A stretch of DNA of 57,512 bases from Acidimicrobiia bacterium (GTDB taxonomy: Bacteria; Actinomycetota; Acidimicrobiia; IMCC26256; JACDBD01), in contig DASPXI010000065.1 in NCBI GenBank assembly GCA_035637335.1, forward strand, positions 1 through 57,512, written 5' to 3'. Under the pieces are notes generated by a model, which was not told the origin of the DNA, did no database searches, and saw only the letters and a list, made by a program, of their open reading frames with translations. Of this stretch, positions 1 through 8,608 are shown piece after piece. The first letter of the stretch is position 1. Every line of letters starts with the position of its first letter. Made by a program: the position numbers and the translations under genes.

Positions 1-736
1 CGGCGAGCAGGAGGTCGAGCTCGGCGAAGCGGTGGCCCTTGCGCTCGAACAGCTTGGCGATCCGTCCCCGGGTGGAGACCCGTTCGCCGTCGCTGACCAC
101 GCCGAAGTGGGTGACCTCGCTGACGACGTGCATCCACGGGCCGAGGCGGATGTTCGCGCCCAGGATCGTGTTGGCTGACAGCAGCAGGTAGCCCGGATGC
201 GCGACACCGTCGTCGCGGTAGAGCGCGAGGTCCTCGCCGATCTCGTCGAGGAAGGCGGGCGCGTGATCGGCCCGGAACGTCGCGGTCCACGAACCGAGGT
301 CGCCGAGCGCGGCAAGAGCCTCCTCGGTCGCGGGCGTGCGTTCGCTCGGCAGCGGAACGGCCGGGTAGTCATCGACCGCCGGCGGGGCGTGAGCGCGCGA
401 GGGGAGCGACGCGGTCGCAGTGGCGACGACCTCGTCGGGCTTGCGCCGGGCGACCAGCTCCACGACCCGGGCGTGGGCGACATCGCGCACGGTCGCGTCG
501 ATGGTCACGTCGTCGCCGTCGTAACAGGGCCGCACGAACCGCGCTGCCATCGTCCCCCGCTCGAGCCAGGAGCGGCCGAGCGCCGCAACGACAGGATGCG
601 TCATGTACGCGTAGACGGTGACTCCGGGTACGAGCCCACCCTCGAAGCCGTAGCTGCGGGCCACCTCGTCGTCGTGGATCTTGTTCTCCGACGCGGTCGC
701 GGCGTTGTGGGCACGTACCGCGTACGAGGTGTTCAC
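1..736 (-). CDS. Hotdog-fold (MaoC-like dehydratase-related) protein, 3' end truncated by window edge
   Basis: Absent from the ORF track. Manual translation from GTG 736 (GTGA overlap with the upstream CDF stop) gives MNTSYAVRAHNAATASENKIHDDEVARSYGFEGGLVPG..., resembling the MaoC N-x-I-H-x-D...A...GF...G motif. Confidence 0.7.
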   Translation of the reverse strand, partial: MNTSYAVRAHNAATASENKIHDDEVARSYGFEGGLVPGVTVYAYMTHPVVAALGRSWLERGTMAARFVRPCYDGDDVTIDATVRDVAHARVVELVARRKPDEVVATATASLPSRAHAPPAVDDYPAVPLPSERTPATEEALAALGDLGSWTATFRADHAPAFLDEIGEDLALYRDDGVAHPGYLLLSANTILGANIRLGPWMHVVSEVTHFGVVSDGERVSTRGRIAKLFERKGHRFAELDLLLA

Positions 737-1656
737 CGGTCCACCACTGCGTCGGACCGATAGACGTCGGGCTCGAGGTAGATCAAACGAGCGATCGGGA
801 CCGCCGCACGGATGCGTACTTCGACGGTGTCGATGGCGCGCGTCAGGTCAGGAACCGACGGTGAGTCGAGCTCGACCTTGGCCGCCACCAGAAGCTCGTC
901 CGGGCCGAGGTGGAGTGTGCGGAGGTGGATGATGCGCCGGACTTCGGGACCGTCCCTGATCGCGGCACGGATTGCGCTCTCGGTCTGCGCGGTCGCCGAC
1001 TCACCGATGAGCAGGCTCTTCATCTCGGCGGCGAGCACGATCGCGATCACGACTAGGAGGATCCCGATGCCAATGCTGCCCACCGCGTCCCAGCGTGGGT
1101 TGCCGGTGACCTCTGCCAGGCTGACGCCCACGAACGCGAGCCCCAGGCCGAGCAGCGCGCCGGTGTCCTCGAGGAGCACCACCGGGAGCTCGGGGCTCTT
1201 GGACCGGCGGATGAAACTCCACCACGACTCCTCGCCCTTCACCGCGGCCGCTTCGACGAACGCAGTCCGGAACGACAGCGACTCGAGCACGATCGCCACG
1301 CTCAGCACTGCGAGCGCGATGGCGACCGACTCGAGCTGGTGGGGATGGAGAAGCTTGTCGATCCCCTCGTACACCGCGAAGAGACCGCCGAGCGAGAACA
1401 GCATGAGCGCGACGACGAACGCCCAGAAGTAACGCTCGCGGCCGTAGCCGAAGGGATGCTCGGGCGTCGGCCGTCGTCGGGCGCGGGCGCCGCCGAGGAA
1501 CAGCAGGGCCTGGTTGCCGGTGTCGGCGACCGAGTGCAGCGCTTCGGCCAGGAGCGACGCCGCGCCGGTGATGGCGAAGCCGACGAACTTGGCGATCGCG
1601 ATGCCGAGGTTGGCCAGGAACGCGGCCACGATCGCCCTCCGGCTCCCCTCCTGCAT
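733..1656 (-). CDS. Cation diffusion facilitator (CDF) family transporter
   Basis: Motifs AEALHSVADTGNQ, HPFGYGRERY and LLEDTGA; hydrophobic TM segments plus a C-terminal cytoplasmic domain. Confidence 0.92.
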   Translation of the reverse strand: MQEGSRRAIVAAFLANLGIAIAKFVGFAITGAASLLAEALHSVADTGNQALLFLGGARARRRPTPEHPFGYGRERYFWAFVVALMLFSLGGLFAVYEGIDKLLHPHQLESVAIALAVLSVAIVLESLSFRTAFVEAAAVKGEESWWSFIRRSKSPELPVVLLEDTGALLGLGLAFVGVSLAEVTGNPRWDAVGSIGIGILLVVIAIVLAAEMKSLLIGESATAQTESAIRAAIRDGPEVRRIIHLRTLHLGPDELLVAAKVELDSPSVPDLTRAIDTVEVRIRAAVPIARLIYLEPDVYRSDAVVDR

Positions 1657-1760
1657 GTCCCTCCCTTGTCGCGCCGATTGGCGCCGTCGTCGCGTCGACC
1701 CTATTTCGTGGTCGGGTAGCGTCGGGCCGTCCGCGAGATCCCGCCCATCGGAGGCGTCCC

Positions 1761-2972
1761 ATGCCCGAGCCCGTGATCGTCGCCACCGCCCGCAGCCCGA
1801 TCGGTCGGGCGTTCAAGGGCTCGCTCGTCGATCTGCGCCCCGACGACTTCGCCACCACCATCGTGCAGGCCGCGCTGGACAAGGTGCCGCAGCTCGGCAA
1901 GTCCGATATCGACGACCTCATGCTCGGCTGCGGCCTTCCCGGAGGGGAGCAGGGCTTCAACATGGGCCGCGTCGTGAGTGTGCTCGCGGGCCTCGACGAC
2001 GTGCCCGGGACCACGATCACCAGGTACTGCTCGTCGTCGCTGCAGACGATCCGCATGGCTGCGCACGCGATCAAGGCCGGCGAGGGCGACGCGTTCGTTG
2101 CCGCCGGCGTCGAGTGCGTGAGCCGCTTCGGGAAGGGCAACTCCGACAGCTGGCCCGACACCCAGAACCCCAAGTTCCAGGACGCGGGGCTGCGCAGCAT
2201 GAAGCGCGCCGAAGGGGGTCAGGAGCCGTGGGAACCGCCCGAGGGCTACCCCGACATCTACATCGCGATGGGGCAGACCGCCGAGAACGTCGCCGAGCTC
2301 GAGAACGTCTCGCGCGAGGAGATGGACGAGTTCGCAACCCTTTCGCAGAACCGCGCCGTGCGGTCCCAGGAGCGCGGCTTCTTCGAGCGCGAGATCATCC
2401 CTGTCGAGCTACCCGACCGACGGGTGATCTCCAAGGACGACGGGCCCCGCCCCGACACGACGGTCGAGAAGCTGGCGCAGCTCAAGCCGGCCTTCCGGCC
2501 CGACGGGAAGGTCACGGCCGGCAACGCGTGCCCGCTCAACGACGGCGCGGCTGCCGTGATCGTCATGAGCGACACACGCGCGCGGGAGCTCGGCATCACG
2601 CCGCTGGCCCGCATCATCTCGAGCGGCGTCACGGCGCTGAACCCCGAGATCATGGGTCTCGGGCCAGTCGGTGCAAGCCGGCAGGCGCTCGCCCGCGCCG
2701 GTATGACGATCGACGACATCGATTTGGTCGAGCTCAACGAGGCGTTCGCGGCCCAAGTGATCCCGTCCGCCCGTCACCTCGGCATCGACCCGGAGAAGCT
2801 GAACGTGAACGGCGGCGCGATCGCGCTCGGTCACCCGTTCGGTCAGACGGGCGCCCGCATCATGACCACGTTGCTCAACGGCCTCGAGGACGCCGACAAG
2901 ACCATCGGACTCGAGACGATGTGCGTCGGCGGGGGCCAGGGTATGGCCATGATCGTCGAGCGCGTCTCGTAG
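1761..2972 (+). CDS. Acetyl-CoA C-acyltransferase (thiolase)
   Basis: RYCSSSLQ active-site Cys, NEAFA, GGAIALGHPFG and MCVGGGQG thiolase signatures. Confidence 0.96.
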   Translation: MPEPVIVATARSPIGRAFKGSLVDLRPDDFATTIVQAALDKVPQLGKSDIDDLMLGCGLPGGEQGFNMGRVVSVLAGLDDVPGTTITRYCSSSLQTIRMAAHAIKAGEGDAFVAAGVECVSRFGKGNSDSWPDTQNPKFQDAGLRSMKRAEGGQEPWEPPEGYPDIYIAMGQTAENVAELENVSREEMDEFATLSQNRAVRSQERGFFEREIIPVELPDRRVISKDDGPRPDTTVEKLAQLKPAFRPDGKVTAGNACPLNDGAAAVIVMSDTRARELGITPLARIISSGVTALNPEIMGLGPVGASRQALARAGMTIDDIDLVELNEAFAAQVIPSARHLGIDPEKLNVNGGAIALGHPFGQTGARIMTTLLNGLEDADKTIGLETMCVGGGQGMAMIVERVS

Positions 2973-2983
2973 CTCTCTCTTTG

Positions 2984-3030
2984 TTTTGGCGTCGCTGAGT
3001 TACGAGTAGCGGTACTCAGCGACGCCAAAA
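2984..3030. repeat. 47-nt REP-like stem-loop (copy A); may also serve as a bidirectional terminator
   Basis: Perfect 17-bp inverted repeat TTTTGGCGTCGCTGAGT / ACTCAGCGACGCCAAAA between convergent genes; related copies at 23707 and 56695. Confidence 0.85.
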
Positions 3031-3034
3031 TCAA

Positions 3035-3736
3035 TCAGGGTGCGACCGGGCGGACGTCCCACACGGTCGAAGCGCGGATGCGCATGGGACGTGCCGCGCC
3101 GCCGACGCGCACCTGCAGCACTGACGCGCCGCGCTCGTAGCCTTCGTACACGCCCGTGGTCGCGATCGGACCGCCGTCGCGCGCTCGGTAGAGGACGGCG
3201 AGCGTCTTGCCTTTCCCGAGACGCAGGCGCTCGTCCCAGCCGTAGTGGAGCCGCCGGTCGGGACCGAGCCTGGGCGCCCGCGCCACCTGCACGCGTTGCT
3301 CGCGGTACGACGCCCGCAGCGCCTCCGCGCGTCCGGCGCCGAGGAACTCCTCGGTGGCGTCGAGCAGGAGCCGGGCGAAGGTGCGGCCGTGCGACGGTAA
3401 GTCCTCGTCGTCGGCCAGCGCCCAGTGGACCAGCTCGTGCAACACGACACCCTTGGTGCGGTAGCGGCGGGGGAGCGTGATCGTGGTGCCGCGCTCGTCG
3501 GTCGAGAAGAACGCCTGCCGGGCGCCGTGGCCCGGCCGGAAGCGCGGCACCTTCGCGAGGCCCCGGTCCGGGAAGCGAGCCTCCCACCACAGCGTGCCGA
3601 CGACGCGGTCGGCGAAGGCCGCGCAGGCGTCGAGGCCCGGCAGCGGGCTGGTGGGCAGCGGGGTCTCGGCGAGGTAGAGACGCCGCCGTTGGGCGTCGCG
3701 AGGCGAGCGCGGCTCGTCCAGAGTCACCCCTCTCAT
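3035..3736 (-). CDS. HExxH metallohydrolase-like protein (resembles the TIGR04338/Rv0185 family) with C-terminal extension
   Basis: RDAQRRRLYLAE N-terminal motif, VVLHELVH and downstream HGRTF. Start is ATG 3736 or GTG 3727; the 535-aa track ORF is over-extended. Confidence 0.7.
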   Translation of the reverse strand: MRGVTLDEPRSPRDAQRRRLYLAETPLPTSPLPGLDACAAFADRVVGTLWWEARFPDRGLAKVPRFRPGHGARQAFFSTDERGTTITLPRRYRTKGVVLHELVHWALADDEDLPSHGRTFARLLLDATEEFLGAGRAEALRASYREQRVQVARAPRLGPDRRLHYGWDERLRLGKGKTLAVLYRARDGGPIATTGVYEGYERGASVLQVRVGGAARPMRIRASTVWDVRPVAP

Positions 3737-3765
3737 GTAGCACGTGGCGGGCGGCGAGCGGCGTT

Positions 3766-4542
3766 TTAGCCGTCCTGCGACCGCACCCGTGACCCCATGA
3801 TCCCCTGCTCCGCCCGGAGCGCCGCCATGCTCACGTTGCGGCCCGTGTACGACGAGGGCTGCCGGAGCATCCACACAATGCCTTCGGCCGGGACTTCGGT
3901 CGGCTCCCAGTCGGAATGATCGAAGCCCGGAGTGTTGGCGACGAAGCCTTCTGACGCCACGGGCACATCGATGCGGAACGTGTTTACCGCGATCCGGTGC
4001 GGTTGCAGCTGCGTGGCGAGCGAAACAGTGAGGTGCTCCAGCGCGATCTTCGACATCCCGTAGATCATGAGACCGGGGATGTAGTCGAGCGCGGCGGCGG
4101 ACGAGATGTTGAGGATCGCTCCCTCGCCCTGCTGCTTCATGTGCGGGATCGCCGCGTGCGCCACCACCAGCGGGGCGCGCAGGTTCACGGCCATCATGAG
4201 GTCGTAGCGCTTCATCGGCACGTCGATGTCGCCGGGGAACGTGATGGCGGCGTTGTTGACGACGATGTCGAGCCGTCCGAAGTGCTCGACGGTCGTGGTA
4301 ACCATGCGCTCGACGTCTTCCTCTTGCGCGAGGTTCGTGGGCACGGCGAGAGCGTCGCCTCCCGCGTCGGTGATGCGGCGGACCGTGGCGTCGATAGTGC
4401 CCGGAAGCCGTAGCGGACTCTCGTCGGTGGCCCTCGCCGCGCACGCGACCGCCACACCCTCGTCGGCGAGCGCGATCGCGGTTGCAGCCCCGACGCCGCG
4501 ACTGGCGCCGGTCACGATCGCGACTTTCCCATCGAGGTTCAC
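3766..4542 (-). CDS. SDR family oxidoreductase
   Basis: VTGASRGVG, NNAA and YGMSK motifs; GTG 4542 overlaps the ligD stop (GTGA). Confidence 0.92.
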   Translation of the reverse strand: MNLDGKVAIVTGASRGVGAATAIALADEGVAVACAARATDESPLRLPGTIDATVRRITDAGGDALAVPTNLAQEEDVERMVTTTVEHFGRLDIVVNNAAITFPGDIDVPMKRYDLMMAVNLRAPLVVAHAAIPHMKQQGEGAILNISSAAALDYIPGLMIYGMSKIALEHLTVSLATQLQPHRIAVNTFRIDVPVASEGFVANTPGFDHSDWEPTEVPAEGIVWMLRQPSSYTGRNVSMAALRAEQGIMGSRVRSQDG

Positions 4543-5465
4543 GCGCCGCGCTTTCCCGAGGTGCGCAACGCCGGCAGCTCTTGCTCGAGTTCGAGGTTCG
4601 GACGGTACAGATCTCCGAGCTGCTCGACCCGCTCGAGTACATCGCCGGCCTCGAACATCAGCGCGTCGGTGTCGGGATCGCCGGTATCGAGAGCGTCGCT
4701 GACCTCGTCCCAGGTCACCGGAGCCGACACGGTCGGCCGCGCCTTGCCGCGCAGTGAGTATGCGCACACGGTCGTCTTGTGCCGGTCGTTTTGGCTCCAG
4801 TCGACGAACACTTTCCCGGGCCGCTCGTCCTTCCTCATGATCACCGTCACACGGTCCGGCTCGCGCTTGGCCAGGAGCTGTCCGAGGGCGCGCGCGAACT
4901 CCTTCGTGTCCTCGTCGGTCACGTCGGTATGGAGCGGCACGGCGAGGTGGAGGCCCTTCGACCCCGACGTCTTCACGAGACACTCGAGGTCGAGCTCGGC
5001 GAGAACACCGCGCAGGTCCAGGCCGACCCGGCAGCAGTCGAGCACGGTGGCGCCGGGCCCGGGGTCGAGGTCGAACACCATCGAGTCGGGACGGTCGGGG
5101 CTCGACACCCGCGCCTGGGGCGTGTGCAGCTCGAGCGCGGCCATGTTCGCCGCCCACACGAGCGACGGAAGGTTGTCGAGCACGCACTGGACGAGGTCGT
5201 CGGACACCACGGCCGTGCGCATCCACTTGGGCGCGTGCGTCGGGCACCGCTTCTCGAAGAACGACTGACTGGCGACACCGTCGGGCCAGCGCACGAGCGT
5301 CACCGGCCGGTCGGCGAGGTGCGGCACCATCACCGCACCGATGCGGGCGTAGTAGTCGACGACCTGGCCCTTCGTGAATCCGGTCTCGGGGTACAGGACC
5401 TTGTCGAGGTTCGACAGGCGTAGGCGCCGGCCGTCGATCTCGACGTCGGTACCCTTGGGGCTCAA
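4539..5465 (-). CDS. ligD: NHEJ LigD polymerase/primase domain protein (stand-alone)
   Basis: LSNLDKVLYP, RWPDG, FFEK, LELH, FDLDPG, KTSGSKGLH and VFVDWSQN motifs; no ligase domain present. Confidence 0.9.
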   Translation of the reverse strand: MSPKGTDVEIDGRRLRLSNLDKVLYPETGFTKGQVVDYYARIGAVMVPHLADRPVTLVRWPDGVASQSFFEKRCPTHAPKWMRTAVVSDDLVQCVLDNLPSLVWAANMAALELHTPQARVSSPDRPDSMVFDLDPGPGATVLDCCRVGLDLRGVLAELDLECLVKTSGSKGLHLAVPLHTDVTDEDTKEFARALGQLLAKREPDRVTVIMRKDERPGKVFVDWSQNDRHKTTVCAYSLRGKARPTVSAPVTWDEVSDALDTGDPDTDALMFEAGDVLERVEQLGDLYRPNLELEQELPALRTSGKRGA

Positions 5466-5547
5466 GGTGCCCCTGTGAGAGATGTGCGCCGGCCCTTCAC
5501 ACCTGCGACGCTATAGGGGCCGGCGGGCGGCAAGGAGGTGGGCCGAC

Positions 5548-6441
5548 GTGCCCAACGCGATCTGGAGCGGGAACATCAGCTTCGGGCTCGTCACCGTGCC
5601 CGTGAAGCTCGTGTCGGCCGTGCGCTCGAAGGACGTGCGGTTCAACCAGCTCGAGGAGGGGACCGGCGCCCGCATCCGCTACAAGCGGGTCTCGGAGGCG
5701 ACGGGTGAGGAAGTTCCCCAGGAGCGGATCGTCCGAGGCTCCGAGATCGCCCCCGGCCAGTACGTCGTCATGGAGCAGGACGAGCTCGAGAAGCTGCGCC
5801 CGAAGGCGAGCCGCACGATCGACATCTCGGACTTCGTCGAGCTCCAGCAGATCGACCCGATCTACTTCGAGCAGCCGTACTACCTCGTGCCCGATCGCGG
5901 CGCGGCCAAGCCCTACAAGCTGCTCCTCGACGCGATGTCCGACCTCCAGAGGGTCGCGCTCGGCAAGATCGTGCTGCGCGGCAAGGAGCACCTCGTCGCC
6001 ATCCGCCCGCTCGACGGCGCTCTGTGCATCGAGACGATGCGCTACGCCGACGAGGTGATCGCGGTGGAGAGCCTCGAGGGGCTGCCCGGCGACGAGGTCA
6101 AGCCGGACGAACGGGAGCTCGACATGGCCCGCCAGCTCATCGAGGCGCTGGCCACCGACTTCGAGCCCGAGAAGTATCACGACGAATACCGCGAGCAGGT
6201 GCAGGAGCTGATCGAGAAGAAGGCCGCGGGCGAGGAGATCGTCGCCGAGCCCATGGTCGAGGAGCCGGCCAAGGTCGTGGACCTCATGGCCGCGCTCGAG
6301 CAGAGCCTCGCCCGAGCCGGCAAGGGTCAGGCTGCGGGCGCGTCCAGGCGCGCCGCGGCGCAGAAGCCGGCGAAGGCGGCCGCGAAGAAGACCAAGAAGG
6401 CAGGCGCCAAGAAGGCAAGCCGCTCCCGCAAGTCGGCCTGA
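5548..6441 (+). CDS. ku: Ku protein (NHEJ) with Lys/Ala-rich C-terminal tail
   Basis: AIWSGNISFGLVTVPVKL, IDPIYFEQPYYL, YHDEYR and VVDLMAALEQSL; GTG 5548 preceded by AAGGAGG. Confidence 0.95.
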   Translation: MPNAIWSGNISFGLVTVPVKLVSAVRSKDVRFNQLEEGTGARIRYKRVSEATGEEVPQERIVRGSEIAPGQYVVMEQDELEKLRPKASRTIDISDFVELQQIDPIYFEQPYYLVPDRGAAKPYKLLLDAMSDLQRVALGKIVLRGKEHLVAIRPLDGALCIETMRYADEVIAVESLEGLPGDEVKPDERELDMARQLIEALATDFEPEKYHDEYREQVQELIEKKAAGEEIVAEPMVEEPAKVVDLMAALEQSLARAGKGQAAGASRRAAAQKPAKAAAKKTKKAGAKKASRSRKSA

Positions 6442-6453
6442 CCGGCGACGCGG

Positions 6454-6654
6454 CTACGACGCTTTTCGCTCGGGTAGCGGCGCACGCCGACGCGGCAGCT
6501 CTCGTACGACCGCAACCGCGGTGACGGTGGCGTGATCGTCTGCCAGCCACCCGCACGCGTCGCACACCGGCCACGCCGCGGTGTGGTCGTCGCGGAACTC
6601 CGCGCACGGCTCGAAACGCACCGGCGGTGCGATATCGCCCAACTCTTGTGCCAT
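6454..6654 (-). CDS. Small hypothetical protein with Cys/His (putative Zn-binding) motif
   Basis: 66 aa; GGGAGG Shine-Dalgarno before ATG; C-x13-CxxC-GW-x4-H pattern. Confidence 0.6.
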   Translation of the reverse strand: MAQELGDIAPPVRFEPCAEFRDDHTAAWPVCDACGWLADDHATVTAVAVVRELPRRRAPLPERKAS

Positions 6655-6723
6655 CAGTCCTCCCGTGGTTCTGCTCCACCCGTCGGGAGCATCGAACCAC
6701 GGGGGTGTGACAACTACGCCGAG

Positions 6724-6939
6724 CTAGCCGCCGCCCTCGTACTTGAACGAGATGTTGACCTTGGCCCGATACGCCGACACGCGGCCGTTCTCGATGGTGA
6801 CGTCGAGCTCGGAGACCTCGGCGACGCGCAGGTCGCGGAGTGACTGCGACGCCTGCGCCACCGCGGCGGAGACCGCCTGCTCGAACCCCTCGGAGCTCGT
6901 CCCGACGAGCTCGATGACCTTGTAGACACTGTCCGCCAT
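6724..6939 (-). CDS. Dodecin (flavin-binding) family protein
   Basis: SVYKVIELVGTS...AV..A..SLR.LR...YRAKVNISFKYE; 71 aa; GAGGGGG Shine-Dalgarno. Confidence 0.93.
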   Translation of the reverse strand: MADSVYKVIELVGTSSEGFEQAVSAAVAQASQSLRDLRVAEVSELDVTIENGRVSAYRAKVNISFKYEGGG

Positions 6940-7038
6940 GTATCCCCCTCACGTCGTGCCAGGCCACGGCCGGATGCCGCTCGACAAACCCTTCCGGCCG
7001 TCGCGGCCGGCGTCAAGGGTCGGTCGTAGGATCCGGCA

Positions 7039-7506
7039 ATGACCGAGAGCTCGACCGTGCCGGTGGGAGCGCCGGCGCCGGACTTCACGCTGCCCCGGTC
7101 GGGCGGCGGCGAGGTGGCGTTGTCGTCCTTCCGGGGCCGGCCCGTGGTGCTCGTGTTCCTGCGCGGCTACACCTGACCGTTCTGCCGGCGGCACCTCGCG
7201 CAGTTGCGCGACGACTACGAGCGCTTCACCGCCTTCGGCGCCGAGTTGCTGGCGATCTCGGCCGAGCCGCCGAAGCGCTCCGAGGCCTACCTCCGGTCGC
7301 ACCCGCTTCCGTACCCGACGCTGATCGATCCCGACCACGAGGTGTTCGATGCGTACGACGTGACCAGCCGCCTGATCTCTCTCGGCCAACGACCGGGATT
7401 GTTCGTCATAGACGCCGAGGGGATCGTGCGCTTCGAGGAAGTCGGCGCGCAGCAGTACAACATCCCGCCCAACGAGAAGGTGCTGGGCGTGCTTGAGTCG
7501 CTCTAG
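7039..7506 (+). CDS. Peroxiredoxin-like (AhpC/TSA, thioredoxin-fold) selenoprotein; codon 46 UGA probably read as Sec
   Basis: ATG 7039 reads MTESSTVPVGAPAPDFTLP...PVVLVFLRGYT-(TGA 7174-7176)-PFCRRHLAQLRDDY..., in frame with the 100-aa track ORF. This gives a UxxC motif and a 155-aa product. TAGGAT -10 box lies 6 nt before the ATG. Confidence 0.85.
7177..7211 (+). promoter_or_regulatory. Putative bacterial SECIS element
   Basis: Hairpin TCGCGC-AGTT-GCGCGA (7196-7211); the apical loop starts after a 25-nt spacer from the UGA and has G in position 2 followed by U. Confidence 0.6.
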
Positions 7507-8558
7507 GTCGCGACCTGGACGGTCTTGCCGTCGCGCCATTCACGCAACACGAGGTACTGGCCCTTGAGCGCGGCGTGGTCGTAGTGGCCGAAGCCCATCG
7601 TGGTGCCCTCGACGCCCGAGGTGGCCGGAAGCTGCTTCACGCGTTCCAGTCCCTCCTTGAGCCCGGCGCGGGTGAGATGGTGGGCGCGGGCGATGGCTTC
7701 CCCCACGAGACGGCCCATGTCGTACGCCGCGCAGCCGATGGGCCCTGCGGCAGCGCGCTTCGACTTCTCTCGCAGGCGCTGCCGCATCGTGTTGTTGTCG
7801 GCGACGCCGTCGAGGTACTCCCAGCCGGCCCAGCCATCACGCCAATCGGGACGCGCGTAGCCGAACATCAGCGAGCTGTTGGCGAGGACGGGCACCGACC
7901 ATCCGAGATCGGCGAGCGCGACTGCGACCGCGCGCGAAGTCACGCCGAGACCGAGGTAGACGAGCGCATCGGGGCCCGTTTCACGTAACCGGGCAACGAC
8001 GGGCTTCACGTCCTCTGCCAGCGGCGAGATCGCGGCGACGCCGGTGGTGTCGAGGTCGTGCAGCGCCCGAGCGTCCTCGAAACTCTCGGCGTAGCCCCGC
8101 CCGACCGGTGACTGGTCGTGGATCACCGCCGCGCTCCGCAGCCCCCGCTCCGCCAGTCGGCGTGCGAGCAGCGGCGGCTCCTCCTCCAGCGAACCGATCT
8201 GGTAGTGGAACATGAACTCGCCACGCGTGCGCTCGCCGCCGGTGTAATTGATGCACGGAATCCCGCGGTCGTCGGCGAGCGGCCGGGCGATGAGCCCGTT
8301 GTCGCTGATCGACGGGCCGAGGATCAGCAGCACCCCCTCCTCGTCGAGCTCGCCGAACGCGGTCGTGACGTCGTGTGCCGTACCGAGCGGGAGACCCCGC
8401 GCAAGCCGCGTGACGAACTCCGCTGGCCGGTCGAGTCGGCCGGTGGCGGTGACCTCGTCGAGTCCGAGGCGGACGGCTTCCTCGAAGCTCGCGCCGCCAT
8501 CGGCCTGCGGGAAGTCGAACAGCAACCCGACCAGGATCGGCGCCGGGGGCGACTGCAT
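7503..8558 (-). CDS. LivJ/AmiC-type (type I periplasmic-binding fold) ligand-binding protein, no signal peptide
   Basis: GVLLILGPSISDN, AAVIHDQSPVG, GPDALVYLG and AYDMGRL patterns; no N-terminal hydrophobic signal. Confidence 0.75.
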   Translation of the reverse strand: MQSPPAPILVGLLFDFPQADGGASFEEAVRLGLDEVTATGRLDRPAEFVTRLARGLPLGTAHDVTTAFGELDEEGVLLILGPSISDNGLIARPLADDRGIPCINYTGGERTRGEFMFHYQIGSLEEEPPLLARRLAERGLRSAAVIHDQSPVGRGYAESFEDARALHDLDTTGVAAISPLAEDVKPVVARLRETGPDALVYLGLGVTSRAVAVALADLGWSVPVLANSSLMFGYARPDWRDGWAGWEYLDGVADNNTMRQRLREKSKRAAAGPIGCAAYDMGRLVGEAIARAHHLTRAGLKEGLERVKQLPATSGVEGTTMGFGHYDHAALKGQYLVLREWRDGKTVQVAT

Positions 8559-8608
8559 GGCGGGGGAGTGTTCTGGGTCGGGTCGGCTCGCGTCAATACA
8601 GTGCGTTC

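Noticed and set aside
3035..5247. Apparent long fusion ORFs of 535 aa (3035-4642) and 493 aa (3766-5247)
   Set aside because: The N-terminal extensions overlap other real genes in different frames; the true starts are near 3736 and 4542.
6340..6441. Low-complexity AAG/GCG-rich tract
   Set aside because: It encodes the normal basic C-terminal tail of Ku and is not a DNA repeat element.
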